Source: Patescibacteria group bacterium
Lineage (GTDB): Bacteria > Patescibacteriota > Patescibacteriia > Patescibacteriales > UBA12465
NCBI GenBank assembly: GCA_028696995.1
Contig: JAQVFY010000001.1
Coordinates: 18,444 to 82,443 of the forward strand
DNA length: 64,000 bases
Reading direction: 5' to 3'
Below are positions 45,524-55,895 of the stretch, one piece after another; positions within the stretch are counted from its first letter, which is position 1, and each line of letters opens with the position of its first letter. Both the position numbers and the translations under genes were made by a program. The notes beneath the pieces were generated by a model. That model worked only from the letters and a program-made list of their open reading frames with translations. It did no database searches and was not told the origin of the DNA.

Positions 45524-47170
45524 TTATAGTGACTTAATAAACTCTACAAATAAAGGATGCGGGGCTAAGGGTCGAGAAATATATTCTGGGTGGAACTGTA
45601 CTCCCACAAAAAAAGGATGATCTTTTATTTCAATTGCTTCTACGATATGGCCGTCTGGTGATGTTCCTGAGATTACCAAGCCCTTTTTTTCAAATAAATC
45701 TCGATATTCATTATTAAATTCATAACGATGACGATGTCGTTCGCTAATAACATCTTTAAAACCCATTTTTTCATAAGAATTAGCCAGTCTAGTACCCTTT
45801 TTCATTTTACAAGGCCAAGATCCAATTCTAATAGTTCCCCCATAACCTTTTTCTTCTATCAATTTTTCTTGTCCGGGCATAATATGAATAACTTTATTTT
45901 TACTTTTAGGATTTATTTCTTCCGAAATAGCATCCTTTATTCCACAAACATTTTGAGCAAATTCGATTACTGCCATCTGCATACCATAACACAGACCTAA
46001 ATATGGAATCTTTTTTTCACGACAATATTTTATAGTTTTTATTTTCCCTTCCGAGCCACGACTTCCCCATCCTTGAGGAACTATTATTCCAGACAAACCT
46101 TTTAATATTTTAAGTCCTTTCTTCTCGACCTCTTCGGAGTTAATCCATTCTAATTTTGGCTTTACTTTATTATAAGCTCCAGCGTGTTTAATAGCCTCTA
46201 TTACCGAAATATAAGAATCACTCAAATTAAAATCACCAGTAGAAAAATATTTACCAACAATTCCAATTTTTACTTCCTTTTTAGCACTTTTAATATTATT
46301 TAACATTTTAGACCAATTATCAGCTTTTTTTCTAGATTCTTCGTTAATTTTTGGTTTTAAATTTAATTTTTTTAATATTTTTCTACTTAAATTATTTTTT
46401 TCAAAATTTATAGGTACTTCATAAATAGAATCAATATCTGGTGCAGCGATAACATCTTCTTTCATAATATTACAATGAATGGCAATCTTTTCCCGACGAA
46501 CATCATCAATATTTTTTTCAGAACGAGCTACGATAAAGTTTGGTTGAATTCCAGCGGCGTTTAAAGTTCTAACAGCATGTTGTGTTGGTTTTGTTTTCAT
46601 TTCTCCAATTTTACTAGGAACAGGAAGATAAGAAACCATAACAAATAAAACATCTTTTGGATTTTTTAATTTCATAACCCTGGCTGCCTCTAAAAATAAT
46701 AAATTTTCGTATTCGCCAACAGTTCCACCAACCTCAATTACCATTATCTCAGCTTTACTTTTTTCTACCGCCTTATAAATTCTCTCCCTTATCTCTCGAG
46801 GAATATGAGGTACTACTTGCACGCATTTACCACCATATTCAAGGTTTCGCTCCTTATTAATAACCGTTTCATAAACACGACCGGTAGTCATATAATTTTC
46901 TCTATAAATATTCCTATTTAAAAATCTTTCATAATTTCCAATATCCTGATCGGTTTCGTCTCCATCTTCGGTTACAAAAACCTCACCATGCTCTATCGGA
47001 TTCATAGTTCCAGCATCAACATTTATATAAGGATCTACTTTTATAGCGCTAACACTGTATCCTTGATGAGACAATATTTGAGCTATAGAAGCAGTAGTAA
47101 TACCCTTCCCAACTCCGGACATTACTCCACCAACAACAAAAATGAATTTTGGACTCTTTTTACTAGACAT
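45524..47170 (-). CDS. pyrG: CTP synthase
   Basis: 548 aa. N-terminal FVVGGVMSGVGKGITTASI synthetase domain and C-terminal glutamine amidotransferase (GLCYGMQ). Confidence 0.95.
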   Translation of the reverse strand: MSSKKSPKFIFVVGGVMSGVGKGITTASIAQILSHQGYSVSAIKVDPYINVDAGTMNPIEHGEVFVTEDGDETDQDIGNYERFLNRNIYRENYMTTGRVYETVINKERNLEYGGKCVQVVPHIPREIRERIYKAVEKSKAEIMVIEVGGTVGEYENLLFLEAARVMKLKNPKDVLFVMVSYLPVPSKIGEMKTKPTQHAVRTLNAAGIQPNFIVARSEKNIDDVRREKIAIHCNIMKEDVIAAPDIDSIYEVPINFEKNNLSRKILKKLNLKPKINEESRKKADNWSKMLNNIKSAKKEVKIGIVGKYFSTGDFNLSDSYISVIEAIKHAGAYNKVKPKLEWINSEEVEKKGLKILKGLSGIIVPQGWGSRGSEGKIKTIKYCREKKIPYLGLCYGMQMAVIEFAQNVCGIKDAISEEINPKSKNKVIHIMPGQEKLIEEKGYGGTIRIGSWPCKMKKGTRLANSYEKMGFKDVISERHRHRYEFNNEYRDLFEKKGLVISGTSPDGHIVEAIEIKDHPFFVGVQFHPEYISRPLAPHPLFVEFIKSL

Positions 47171-47247
47171 ATATTGACAATTAATTATATTTATATTAAA
47201 GTTTTATTATAATTCATTAATTGTTTAACAAAAAAGGAGGACAGTAT

Positions 47248-47523
47248 ATGTTGTACATATACAAAGGATTTAAGGGAACTTGTCGTAAAGAGAAATTTTG
47301 TCTCTTCGATGAGGATTCCCATGAAGTAGAGTTTTTTAAAAACGAAGAGGAGTTAGTCGAATATATTATTGACAACTACTCCTCAGAATTTAACAACCTT
47401 TGTAATGAAGTTGAGAACTGGATATCTCAACTATTAAAGAAAAATAGTTTTGAGATCAGTCGAAAACTCTCTTCAGAGGAGCTTTGCTTTCTAGTAGACA
47501 GGGGCAAAACCTTGATATACTAA
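47248..47523 (+). CDS. hypothetical small acidic protein
   Basis: Start re-set to the ATG 7 nt after SD AAGGAGG (MLYIYKGFKG...). Intrinsic terminator at 47541-47575. Confidence 0.45.
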   Translation: MLYIYKGFKGTCRKEKFCLFDEDSHEVEFFKNEEELVEYIIDNYSSEFNNLCNEVENWISQLLKKNSFEISRKLSSEELCFLVDRGKTLIY

Positions 47524-47540
47524 AAAAAGTTCCTCAAAAA

Positions 47541-47575
47541 TGACCCCCTATTATTAAAAGGGGGTTTATTTTTTA
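47541..47575. terminator. bidirectional intrinsic terminator (CCCCCT/AGGGGG)
   Basis: tgaccccctattattaaaagggggtttatttttt between convergent genes. Confidence 0.6.
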
Positions 47576-47581
47576 AAAAAA

Positions 47582-48859
47582 CTACTTCTTAAAATCTTTA
47601 AGAACTCTTTTGGCCTCCTCTAATTGTGGATCACGATTATTCAGATAATCTTCATAGGTCAACTCTACTTCAACATCAGGAATAATTCCCTCTTTGTTTA
47701 TATTTTTGCCACCCGGAGTCAACCATTCTGCCATTGTAATTTTAAGAGCTGATCCATCTTTTAAATCTCTAATTATTTGAACAGAACCTTTGCCATAACT
47801 TTTTTCTCCTACAACAATAGCCTTATCGTAATATTGTAAAGCGCCAGTTAGAATTTCAGAAGCTGAAGCACTACCAGCGTTTATCAAAATAACAGTCGGA
47901 TAATCTTTTAAACGATTTAAACCATTGGCCCGATAATTCATTTGATGATCATCACCAAAACCCTCAATTACAGCCACCTCTCCATCGATCCACTCTCCCA
48001 ATAAAGACACTGAAGTTTCTAAATATCCCCCTGGATTACTTCGCAAATCAATTATCACTCCTTTAGGCTGTAAAGCCAAGATTTCTTTAATAGCTAAAGA
48101 AAATAAATTTTCAGTATCACCATTAAAAGAACTGATTTTAATCAGAAAAATATCATCTTCTAAGGCCTTATAAGTAACGCTACGAATAATAATAGTATCT
48201 CTAATTATTTTTACTTCTTGAATATCTTCAGTTCCCTCACGAAAAATATCCAAAATAACTTCAGTTCCTTTTGTTCCCCTAATTCTACTAACCGCTTCAT
48301 TAATATTCATATTTTGAGTGGGCTCTCCATCTATTTCTAAAATTTTATCTCCGGGCATTAAACCAGCTCTTTGCGCCGGAGTTCCATCTATTGGCGAAAT
48401 TATAGTTAAAATTTCATCTCTTATTCCAATTTCTGCACCAATACCCTCAAAAGTTCCACTCATATCTTCATTAAATTCTTTGTTTTTTTGAGGATCCATA
48501 AACTCGGTATAAGGATCTCCTAAAGAAGCAACCATTCCCTCTAAAGAACCATAAAACATCTTTTTTTCGCTAAAATCACCCTTATTGACATATTCGTTTT
48601 TTATCGCTTCCCAAACCTCAAAATACAAAGAAAAATCAACATTCTGCGCCCATTTTCCATCTACCTTATCATATTTTCCAGTCACCTTGCCTAAATACAA
48701 GGCCTGCCCTTCAGCTAATCGAGAAATAGTTTTATTAGTTGTAGCTAAATAAGCCCCACTAGAAAAGATAATAACAACGATTAATACCAATAAAAAAATT
48801 CTAGCCAAACTTTTGGCTATTTTTACAAAACCTTTTCTTATTTTTCTTTTTTTATTCAT
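47582..48859 (-). CDS. carboxyl-terminal processing protease (S41, CtpA/Prc-like) with PDZ domain
   Basis: 425 aa. N-terminal TM anchor, PDZ, and S41 catalytic region RSNPGGYLETS plus conserved Ser/Lys. Confidence 0.85.
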   Translation of the reverse strand: MNKKRKIRKGFVKIAKSLARIFLLVLIVVIIFSSGAYLATTNKTISRLAEGQALYLGKVTGKYDKVDGKWAQNVDFSLYFEVWEAIKNEYVNKGDFSEKKMFYGSLEGMVASLGDPYTEFMDPQKNKEFNEDMSGTFEGIGAEIGIRDEILTIISPIDGTPAQRAGLMPGDKILEIDGEPTQNMNINEAVSRIRGTKGTEVILDIFREGTEDIQEVKIIRDTIIIRSVTYKALEDDIFLIKISSFNGDTENLFSLAIKEILALQPKGVIIDLRSNPGGYLETSVSLLGEWIDGEVAVIEGFGDDHQMNYRANGLNRLKDYPTVILINAGSASASEILTGALQYYDKAIVVGEKSYGKGSVQIIRDLKDGSALKITMAEWLTPGGKNINKEGIIPDVEVELTYEDYLNNRDPQLEEAKRVLKDFKK

Positions 48860-48864
48860 AAATT

Positions 48865-49470
48865 TTAAAATCTAATTAATTTAATATTATTTATATTTCT
48901 AATATCAATAATCTTTGAAGGCTTTTTCCTAGGACGAAATTTATTGTAACTAACCACAAAATCTGGTTGATATTTTTGATTTCTAAAAAAAGAAATAATT
49001 TCTTTCAAATTACTAATTTCTGCTTCACCACTCAAATTACAACTAGTTGAAACTAAAGGAGTGTTAATTGACTTTATTATTTTAATCAAAAAATCATTTT
49101 TTGGCAAACGCACAGCTAAACCATGGGAGTTTTTAATATTTAAAATTTTTTGAATTTCTTTTTTAGGTCTTAATATAAAAGTACTAGGATAAAAATCATC
49201 ACTCAACCAAACATCCTTTAAAATAATCTTCTGCTCCTTAGATACTAAAAAATATTTTTCCAGCATCACAAAATCACTAATTAAAACAACCAAAAGCTTA
49301 TGGCGAGGCCTATTCTTTATTCTATAGATCTTCTCAATAGCTTCTTTTTTATTAACAGAACAACTTAAGCCATAAATAGTATCACTTAAAATAACTCCAA
49401 CCTGACCATCCTGAAATCTCTTTATTATTTCCCCTACCCTTAAATTATTTCTAAGCTTAATTAAAATCAT
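48865..49470 (-). CDS. tsaC: L-threonylcarbamoyladenylate synthase (TsaC/YrdC family)
   Basis: 201 aa. ILSDTIYGLSC (PTDTVYGLGC) and TSCNLSGE (TSANLSG). Confidence 0.8.
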   Translation of the reverse strand: MILIKLRNNLRVGEIIKRFQDGQVGVILSDTIYGLSCSVNKKEAIEKIYRIKNRPRHKLLVVLISDFVMLEKYFLVSKEQKIILKDVWLSDDFYPSTFILRPKKEIQKILNIKNSHGLAVRLPKNDFLIKIIKSINTPLVSTSCNLSGEAEISNLKEIISFFRNQKYQPDFVVSYNKFRPRKKPSKIIDIRNINNIKLIRF

Positions 49471-49476
49471 AAAAAA

Positions 49477-49995
49477 TTAAATAATCACCGATTCTAAAAA
49501 TTTCAAAGCATCTGGGACCAAGGGACTAGCCCAATTAACTCCCCTCATAAGAATCGGGGCTAAGTCAGAACCAACCATAATAGAGCTCAAAAAATCATTC
49601 ATAGGAGCATAACGAGAAGAAACATAAATAATTATTCCCAATAAAAATAATCCTTGAATTAAACCCAAAAGACCACCCAAAGATCTATTCATAAAAGAAA
49701 TAACCGGCAAAGAACTAATTAAATGTAAAATCTTACCAATAAATTTAAAAACTATTCCCAATAAATAATTAACAATTATCAAAACAATCACAAAAGAAGT
49801 TATTTTTATCCAGATTTCAGAAATAAAATTAATAAAAGACAGGATTTCACTTAAATAAAGATAAATATTTAAGGATATTATTATGGCCAAAATAGTAGAA
49901 ACAAGATTTAAAATCATTCGAACTAAGCCTAAATAAAATCCATAAATTATAAAAATCCCTAAAAGACCCAAGAGAACTAAATCAAAAATAGGCAT
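49477..49995 (-). CDS. CvpA-family membrane protein
   Basis: 172 aa, four TM helices. N-terminal IFDLVLLGLLGIFIIYGFYLG pattern typical of CvpA. Confidence 0.65.
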   Translation of the reverse strand: MPIFDLVLLGLLGIFIIYGFYLGLVRMILNLVSTILAIIISLNIYLYLSEILSFINFISEIWIKITSFVIVLIIVNYLLGIVFKFIGKILHLISSLPVISFMNRSLGGLLGLIQGLFLLGIIIYVSSRYAPMNDFLSSIMVGSDLAPILMRGVNWASPLVPDALKFLESVII

Positions 49996-49999
49996 ATTT

Positions 50000-51466
50000 T
50001 TAATTGATTAATCGAGGAAACAAAATCTCCCCTTTAATTATTTTATTAGAATTAAATTGTTTAATAATTTTATCAGCACTAACAGGAATAAAAGGAAAAA
50101 TTAAAACTGCAATTAAAAGAATATTCTCACTAGCGATTTGCAAAACCTTATCTCGATCTTCTCCTGCTTCCATTTTCCAGGGAGCTTTTTGACTCAAAAA
50201 TTCATCAGTTTCTTTAACTTTAGAGATTATTAAAGATAAAACTTCATTTAGCTTATAATCTTCCATTTTTTTGTCGAAATTTATTAGAAAATTATTATTC
50301 TTCCAAGTCTCTGGAATTAAAGGATTTTCTCCTTGATAATTTATTTTTTCCAAATTTATAGAAGTAGAAAATTTTTCTATTAAATTAGAAACTCGAGCTG
50401 TCAAATTTCCAAGTCCATTCATCAAATCAGAGGTGTATAATTTTTCTAATTTCTCATACGAAAAATCACCATCCTCAAAAGTAGAAATTTCTTTAGCTAA
50501 ATAATAACGAATTACATCGGAAGGATATTTTTCGATTAACTCTAGAAGATTAATAACATTACCAGTGCTTTTACTAATTTTTTGGCCATTGATAGTTAAA
50601 AAACCAAAAACCAAAATATTTTTTGATATCGGTATGCCCGCGGACATCAACATAGCAGTCCACATAGCAGTTTGTGGCCTAAGGTTATCTTTACCACAAA
50701 CCTGAATTCCAGGCCAAAAAGCAGAAAAATTTTCTAAATTATCTGGCCAACCCAAGCAAGAAATATAATTTATCAGAGCATCAAACCAAACATAAATAAC
50801 TTGACTATCATCTCCCGGAACCCCAATTCCCCAAGGCATTTTATCCTTAAGACGAGAAATAGAAAAATCATTTAAGCCAGATTTAACAAAGCTAATGATT
50901 TCATTATAACGACCAACCGGATAAACAAAATCAGGATGATCTTGATAAAATTTTAATATTTTTTTCTGATAATTAGAAAATTTAAAAAAATAATTTTCTT
51001 CTTCAATTATTTCTATCTTTTGATTAGGATGAAAAGGACAAAATCCATTTTTTAACTCTGAATCAGTTTTTTCCATTTCACATCCCACACAATATTTAGT
51101 TTTATATTTCTTCTTATAAATATCACCATTTTTTTGACAAATTTCCCAAAATTTCTGAACAGCTTTAATATGCTGAACATCGGTAGTTCTAATAAAATTA
51201 TTAAAACTTAAATTCAAATGACTTTTAAGCTCTAAAAATTTTTCTGAATATTGACGACAATAATCCAAAACATCAATTCCTAACTCTTCAGCTTTTTGAT
51301 AAATTTTTTTACCATGCTCATCAGTCCCGGTATTAAAAAAGACCTCATAACCCCGTTGACGCTTATATCGAGCTATAATATCAGCATTTATTATCTCCTT
51401 AGCAAATCCTAAATGAGGATCAGAATTAACATAAGGTAAAGTTGTGGTAATATAAAACTTATTCAT
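50000..51466 (-). CDS. metG: methionyl-tRNA synthetase
   Basis: 488 aa. Class I motifs PYVNSDPHLGF and KISKSTGN. Confidence 0.95.
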   Translation of the reverse strand: MNKFYITTTLPYVNSDPHLGFAKEIINADIIARYKRQRGYEVFFNTGTDEHGKKIYQKAEELGIDVLDYCRQYSEKFLELKSHLNLSFNNFIRTTDVQHIKAVQKFWEICQKNGDIYKKKYKTKYCVGCEMEKTDSELKNGFCPFHPNQKIEIIEEENYFFKFSNYQKKILKFYQDHPDFVYPVGRYNEIISFVKSGLNDFSISRLKDKMPWGIGVPGDDSQVIYVWFDALINYISCLGWPDNLENFSAFWPGIQVCGKDNLRPQTAMWTAMLMSAGIPISKNILVFGFLTINGQKISKSTGNVINLLELIEKYPSDVIRYYLAKEISTFEDGDFSYEKLEKLYTSDLMNGLGNLTARVSNLIEKFSTSINLEKINYQGENPLIPETWKNNNFLINFDKKMEDYKLNEVLSLIISKVKETDEFLSQKAPWKMEAGEDRDKVLQIASENILLIAVLIFPFIPVSADKIIKQFNSNKIIKGEILFPRLIN

Positions 51467-51477
51467 AAAAACAAAAA

Positions 51478-52146
51478 TTAATAAATAATAATAGTGAACT
51501 CCCCTTTTAGGGCATTTTTATCCTGTTCAAATATTTTATACAACTCTTCAAGAGAATCTTCGTAAAAAGTATAATGTAATTTAGTTAATTCTCGAAAAAC
51601 TATTATTTTTTTTGAAAAATTCAAAGCTTGTAATTCAGAAATTAACCTTAAAAAACGATGTTTAGACTCATAAAAAACAACTGGATACTTATGGTCTAAA
51701 ATCTCCTTAATCATAGAAAGGCGTCCCTTTTTATGAGGTAAAAAACCAAAAAAAGTAAATTTATCAGCTTTTATTCCTGAAACTGATAAGGCGCTAATAA
51801 TAGCCGAAGGCCCAGGAATGGGCTCAATATTAATATCCGGTCTCTTTGTTCTAATAAATTTAACCAACTCTCCACCCGGATCAGAGATATTAGGTGTTCC
51901 GGCATCACTTATCAAAGCTAGAGACTGACCAGAGTCTAAAAGACTTAAAACTTGATTATACTTTCCTTCCTTAGAGTGATGATGAAAAGATATTAATGTT
52001 TTTTTTATCTTATAATAATCCAGCAATTTTCGACTAACCCGAGTGTCCTCACATAAAATAGAATCAACTTCATTTAAAATTCTAATAGCCCGAAAACTAA
52101 TATCCTCTAAATTGCCGATAGGTGTAGCTACTATGTATAAACTCAT
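51478..52146 (-). CDS. rsmI: 16S rRNA (cytidine1402-2'-O)-methyltransferase
   Basis: 222 aa. LYIVATPIGNLEDISFRAIRIL...ILCEDTR tetrapyrrole-methylase-like fold. Confidence 0.85.
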   Translation of the reverse strand: MSLYIVATPIGNLEDISFRAIRILNEVDSILCEDTRVSRKLLDYYKIKKTLISFHHHSKEGKYNQVLSLLDSGQSLALISDAGTPNISDPGGELVKFIRTKRPDINIEPIPGPSAIISALSVSGIKADKFTFFGFLPHKKGRLSMIKEILDHKYPVVFYESKHRFLRLISELQALNFSKKIIVFRELTKLHYTFYEDSLEELYKIFEQDKNALKGEFTIIIY

Positions 52147-52150
52147 ATAA

Positions 52151-53851
52151 TTAATTAACCAGATCTTCCTTTCTCTCCCTAATATATTTCATCCAATCAT
52201 CAAAAACTTCTACGAAAACCTTAAAGGGGGCCTCAATAATAAAATCTAAAATAAACACGAAAATATTAACTCGGGAAGCACTGTTAGATAAAAATTTACC
52301 AACAGCAATAATTGGAGTATAAAAGAAATCAAATAAAAAGTTAAAAAGATTGTCCTTTGATTCTACTATAATAAACTTTTTAATATCGCGCTTAATGCGA
52401 AAACTAAAAAAACTAACAAACATTAAAAAGAATAAGAAAATAGTAATATTAACCCAATTAAAACCAACAAAATTTAAAAATTTAATAACAAAATAAATAG
52501 TGACGGAAAAACCGGCTAAATATAGAATGTTAAAAATAGCGTCAATAAAAAAACTTCTTTTGGGCGGTTTCCTGAGTATGATAGCGTTTTTACGCCGTTT
52601 TTCATCATAAACAATTTCCTCCACTCCGCTTATTATCTTTTTGGTATTTTCTTGAGCTGGAGCCCAAGTAAACAGTATCATTACAAACAATAAGAAGGCC
52701 GGGAAAGAAACATTGATTGCTAAAGTAAAGATATTAATCTCTTCGCCAAACCACTTAATAGCCGGGATCTCTAATAAGAAAACAAAAATAGACTTAGTCA
52801 AAAATATATAAATAATACTTCTGACACCTGAGCTCCATAATTTATTTTTAATCTTCTTATATCTTCGCTCACAAGTTTCTTTTATTAAATTAATAAAAGC
52901 CTTGTAATTATTGAGGGCTTGATCATATATTTTAATAGGATTTTCCTCAATAACTTCTTGTAAAATTGAAAAATAGAGAGAATAAGATTTTATTATTTTA
53001 TCCAACTGCTTGCCTAAAGGATGGTCTAATTGCTGAGAAACAACCAAGCGAAGAACATCTATTTTTTCAGCTAAAACAGCGATGCCTCGATCATCAATCT
53101 TGGCCCAATCTTTATTATAATATTTAAACAAAATAAAGGATAATAAATCGGTATCAAAATTAAGATAATTTCGGGCTATTCCTAAATATATTTGAATATC
53201 CAAATCTTTTTCATGAGGTAAATCTTTAGGTAATTTTATATTATCCTTAAGTACATCAAACATGTCTATAATAATTTCTTGCTTAACTTTATCTTTGGTC
53301 AAACTATCTTCAACTTCTGAAGCAGCCAAGGAGATAATCCAATTGGAAAGATTTTTCTGGTCTTTTTTACTTCTTTTTTTATTCCCTTTTGTTTTACGGG
53401 AAAAATTAAATAATAAATTTTCTTTTTTAAAACAAAAATCTTTTAATTTTATATACTTCTCTAAAATATCTCCAATTTCAATAATTTTTTTATCTGAAAC
53501 AGAATTAGCATTAATATAACCAGCTTGTATCAATTCTGTTAATAAGTGAATGGAGAGCTCTTGACTTTTTACATCCTTAATAATGCCTTCAATTAAAATT
53601 TGTCTTTTAAAAATTCTTTTAATAGCATTTTTTCTAAGGAGATGATCATCTTCGTAATCAACAGCATTTCTTATTTTCTCATAAACAAAAGCTAACTTAG
53701 AAACCATTGCCGAAACGGCTATTTTAGAGGTTCCCTCTTCTGTCTTTTTAAGATTGTTTTTTTTAATATAAATCAACTGAAAAAGCTTCTTAGCCCCAAT
53801 ATTGAGACTTAATTGACCTTCTTTCTTTTTATTTAAATAAGGACTAACCAT
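52151..53851 (-). CDS. large hypothetical membrane protein (soluble ~330-aa N-domain plus 4-5 C-terminal TM helices)
   Basis: 566 aa. No recognisable motif. Confidence 0.5.
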   Translation of the reverse strand: MVSPYLNKKKEGQLSLNIGAKKLFQLIYIKKNNLKKTEEGTSKIAVSAMVSKLAFVYEKIRNAVDYEDDHLLRKNAIKRIFKRQILIEGIIKDVKSQELSIHLLTELIQAGYINANSVSDKKIIEIGDILEKYIKLKDFCFKKENLLFNFSRKTKGNKKRSKKDQKNLSNWIISLAASEVEDSLTKDKVKQEIIIDMFDVLKDNIKLPKDLPHEKDLDIQIYLGIARNYLNFDTDLLSFILFKYYNKDWAKIDDRGIAVLAEKIDVLRLVVSQQLDHPLGKQLDKIIKSYSLYFSILQEVIEENPIKIYDQALNNYKAFINLIKETCERRYKKIKNKLWSSGVRSIIYIFLTKSIFVFLLEIPAIKWFGEEINIFTLAINVSFPAFLLFVMILFTWAPAQENTKKIISGVEEIVYDEKRRKNAIILRKPPKRSFFIDAIFNILYLAGFSVTIYFVIKFLNFVGFNWVNITIFLFFLMFVSFFSFRIKRDIKKFIIVESKDNLFNFLFDFFYTPIIAVGKFLSNSASRVNIFVFILDFIIEAPFKVFVEVFDDWMKYIRERKEDLVN

Positions 53852-53932
53852 ATAAATTAATTAAAAAATAAATAAAAATTTACTAAAACTCATAAGGATA
53901 TAATACAATAAAAAAAATAAAAAATCAATTTC

Positions 53933-53961
53933 TTGACATTTGATGATAAATTTATTAATAT
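53933..53961 (+). promoter_or_regulatory. candidate promoter for secE-nusG-rplK (TTGACA, 17 nt, TAATAT)
   Basis: ttgacatttgatgataaatttattaatat. A small hairpin plus T5 follows at 53963-53986. Confidence 0.4.
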
Positions 53962-54003
53962 GTAAGCATAGCCGTGGGGCTGTTTTTAATTTAATTTAAA
54001 GAT

Positions 54004-54189
54004 ATGGGAAAAATTAGCAAGTATGTAAAAGAGTCAATAATAGAGCTTAAAAAAGTAACTTGGCCCACTAAAAAAGAAACTTATCGCTATACCCTTTTGG
54101 TTATTGGCTTAAGTTTATCAGTGGCTGCTTTTTTAGGAGCCCTAGATTTTATTTTTAATCTAGGACTAGAGACTTTAATTACAAAATAA
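54004..54189 (+). CDS. secE: preprotein translocase subunit SecE
   Basis: 61 aa. VTWPTKKET...single TM helix. Confidence 0.9.
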   Translation: MGKISKYVKESIIELKKVTWPTKKETYRYTLLVIGLSLSVAAFLGALDFIFNLGLETLITK

Positions 54190-54200
54190 AATAAATTAAT

Positions 54201-54746
54201 ATGGCAAAACAAAACTTAAACCAAGGGCGACGCTGGTACGTTCTTCACACTTATTCTGGATATGAAGAAAATGTTGCTCACAATTTAAAACAAAGAATCG
54301 AGACCTTAGATGCCAGCGACAAGATTTTTAATGTTTTAGTCCCAATTGAAAAAAAAATAAAAATAAAGAATGGTAAAAGAAAAGTAGTAGAAGAAAAAAT
54401 ATTTCCTGGTTACGTTCTAGTAGAAATGATTGTAACTGATGAATCTTGGTATATAGTCAGAAATACCCCTAACGTCACTGGATTTATTGGAGTAGGAACT
54501 ACCCCCACCCCAATTAGTGAAAAAGAAGTTCAATCCCTAATGAAAAGAATGGGAGTAGAAGAACCAAAATTTAAAATTGATATAGAGGTGGGAGAGGTTG
54601 TTAAAATAAATGATGGTCCATTCAAAAACTTCGAAGGAAAAGTAACGAACATCGACGAAGCTAAGGGAAAAATAAAAGTAAGCGTTTCCATGTTTGGTCG
54701 AGAAACTCCAGTTGAATTAGATTTTTTACAAATTAAAAAAATATAA
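54201..54746 (+). CDS. nusG: transcription termination/antitermination factor NusG
   Basis: 181 aa. RWYVLHTYSGYE NGN domain and C-terminal KOW. Confidence 0.95.
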   Translation: MAKQNLNQGRRWYVLHTYSGYEENVAHNLKQRIETLDASDKIFNVLVPIEKKIKIKNGKRKVVEEKIFPGYVLVEMIVTDESWYIVRNTPNVTGFIGVGTTPTPISEKEVQSLMKRMGVEEPKFKIDIEVGEVVKINDGPFKNFEGKVTNIDEAKGKIKVSVSMFGRETPVELDFLQIKKI

Positions 54747-54809
54747 ATAAAAATGATTTGAGAATAATTTTAAATATTATTCGCTTCTTCAAATTATTTA
54801 AGAATTAAT

Positions 54810-55232
54810 ATGGCTAAAAAATTATTAACTAAAATAAAATTACAAATCCCAGCTGGACAGGCAAATCCCGCCCCTCCAGTAGGTCCAGCCCTAGGACAAC
54901 ATGGATTAAACATCCAAGATTTTTGTTCTAAATTTAACGATGCTAGTCGCGATCGCATGGGAGAGGTTGTTCCAGTAGAAATCAATGTCTATGAAGACAA
55001 AACTTTTGACTTTATTATGAAGGTTTCCCCTGCTTCTGAACTTATTAAAAAATATGCTAAAATTCAAAAAGGTTCCGGCAAAGCACTTAGCCAAAAAGTT
55101 GGATCTTTAACTAAAGAACAATTAGAGGAAATAGCTAAGGTAAAAATGCCAGATCTAAACACCGACAACCTAGATCAAGCTATGAAAATAATTGCTGGGA
55201 CGGCCAGACAAATGGGTATAGAAATAAAATAA
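54810..55232 (+). CDS. rplK: 50S ribosomal protein L11
   Basis: 140 aa. [27 protein letters not shown]. Confidence 0.95.
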   Translation: MAKKLLTKIKLQIPAGQANPAPPVGPALGQHGLNIQDFCSKFNDASRDRMGEVVPVEINVYEDKTFDFIMKVSPASELIKKYAKIQKGSGKALSQKVGSLTKEQLEEIAKVKMPDLNTDNLDQAMKIIAGTARQMGIEIK

Positions 55233-55249
55233 AAATTAAAAATAAAAAT

Positions 55250-55792
55250 ATGCCAAGCATAGAAAGCTTAAAAGATTATAAGCAAATCGAAGAAAATCCC
55301 GACAAAGAAGACAATCCTTTTTTACCTAAAGAAGGAGATATTATGCTAAATGAACTAAACGATAAAGATAGAATAATTTTGCAAAAAAAATTAACAGATT
55401 TATCAACTTCAAAAAAATCTTTATATTTAAATTATAGTGATAATAATAAAAGATTAGAAGATTTAAATAGCTTTCAAGAAAAATTAAATGATTTAATTCT
55501 CTATATTGAAAATATTTATATTTTGATAAAAGGAGGACAAGAAATAAAAAATATTAATGAATTAGATATAGAAAAAATTAAATTAGATAAAAAATCATTA
55601 TCAAATTTTAATTTGGAAATTGATTTTAATAAAATAGATGATTTTACCTATGCTAGCAGAAAAAGTTTATTAAGTTTATTTTCAGCTTGTGAAAACTTAA
55701 GAAAAAAAATAATAATAAAAGAAAAAGAACTTACTAAATTAACTATAAAAAACGATTTTGATAAAAAAGAAATAAAGAAAGAAGCTGCTTAA
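55250..55792 (+). CDS. hypothetical charged coiled-coil protein inserted between rplK and rplA
   Basis: 180 aa. Lys/Glu/Asn-rich with predicted coiled coil. No motif recognised. Confidence 0.55.
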   Translation: MPSIESLKDYKQIEENPDKEDNPFLPKEGDIMLNELNDKDRIILQKKLTDLSTSKKSLYLNYSDNNKRLEDLNSFQEKLNDLILYIENIYILIKGGQEIKNINELDIEKIKLDKKSLSNFNLEIDFNKIDDFTYASRKSLLSLFSACENLRKKIIIKEKELTKLTIKNDFDKKEIKKEAA

Positions 55793-55895
55793 TAATATAA
55801 TAATATCAAGATAATAAATTAATTTATATTAATTATAATTTAAATGGTGGGAGAAAATATTTCTTTGTAAATTTTTCGCCATTACCACTAAAAAC

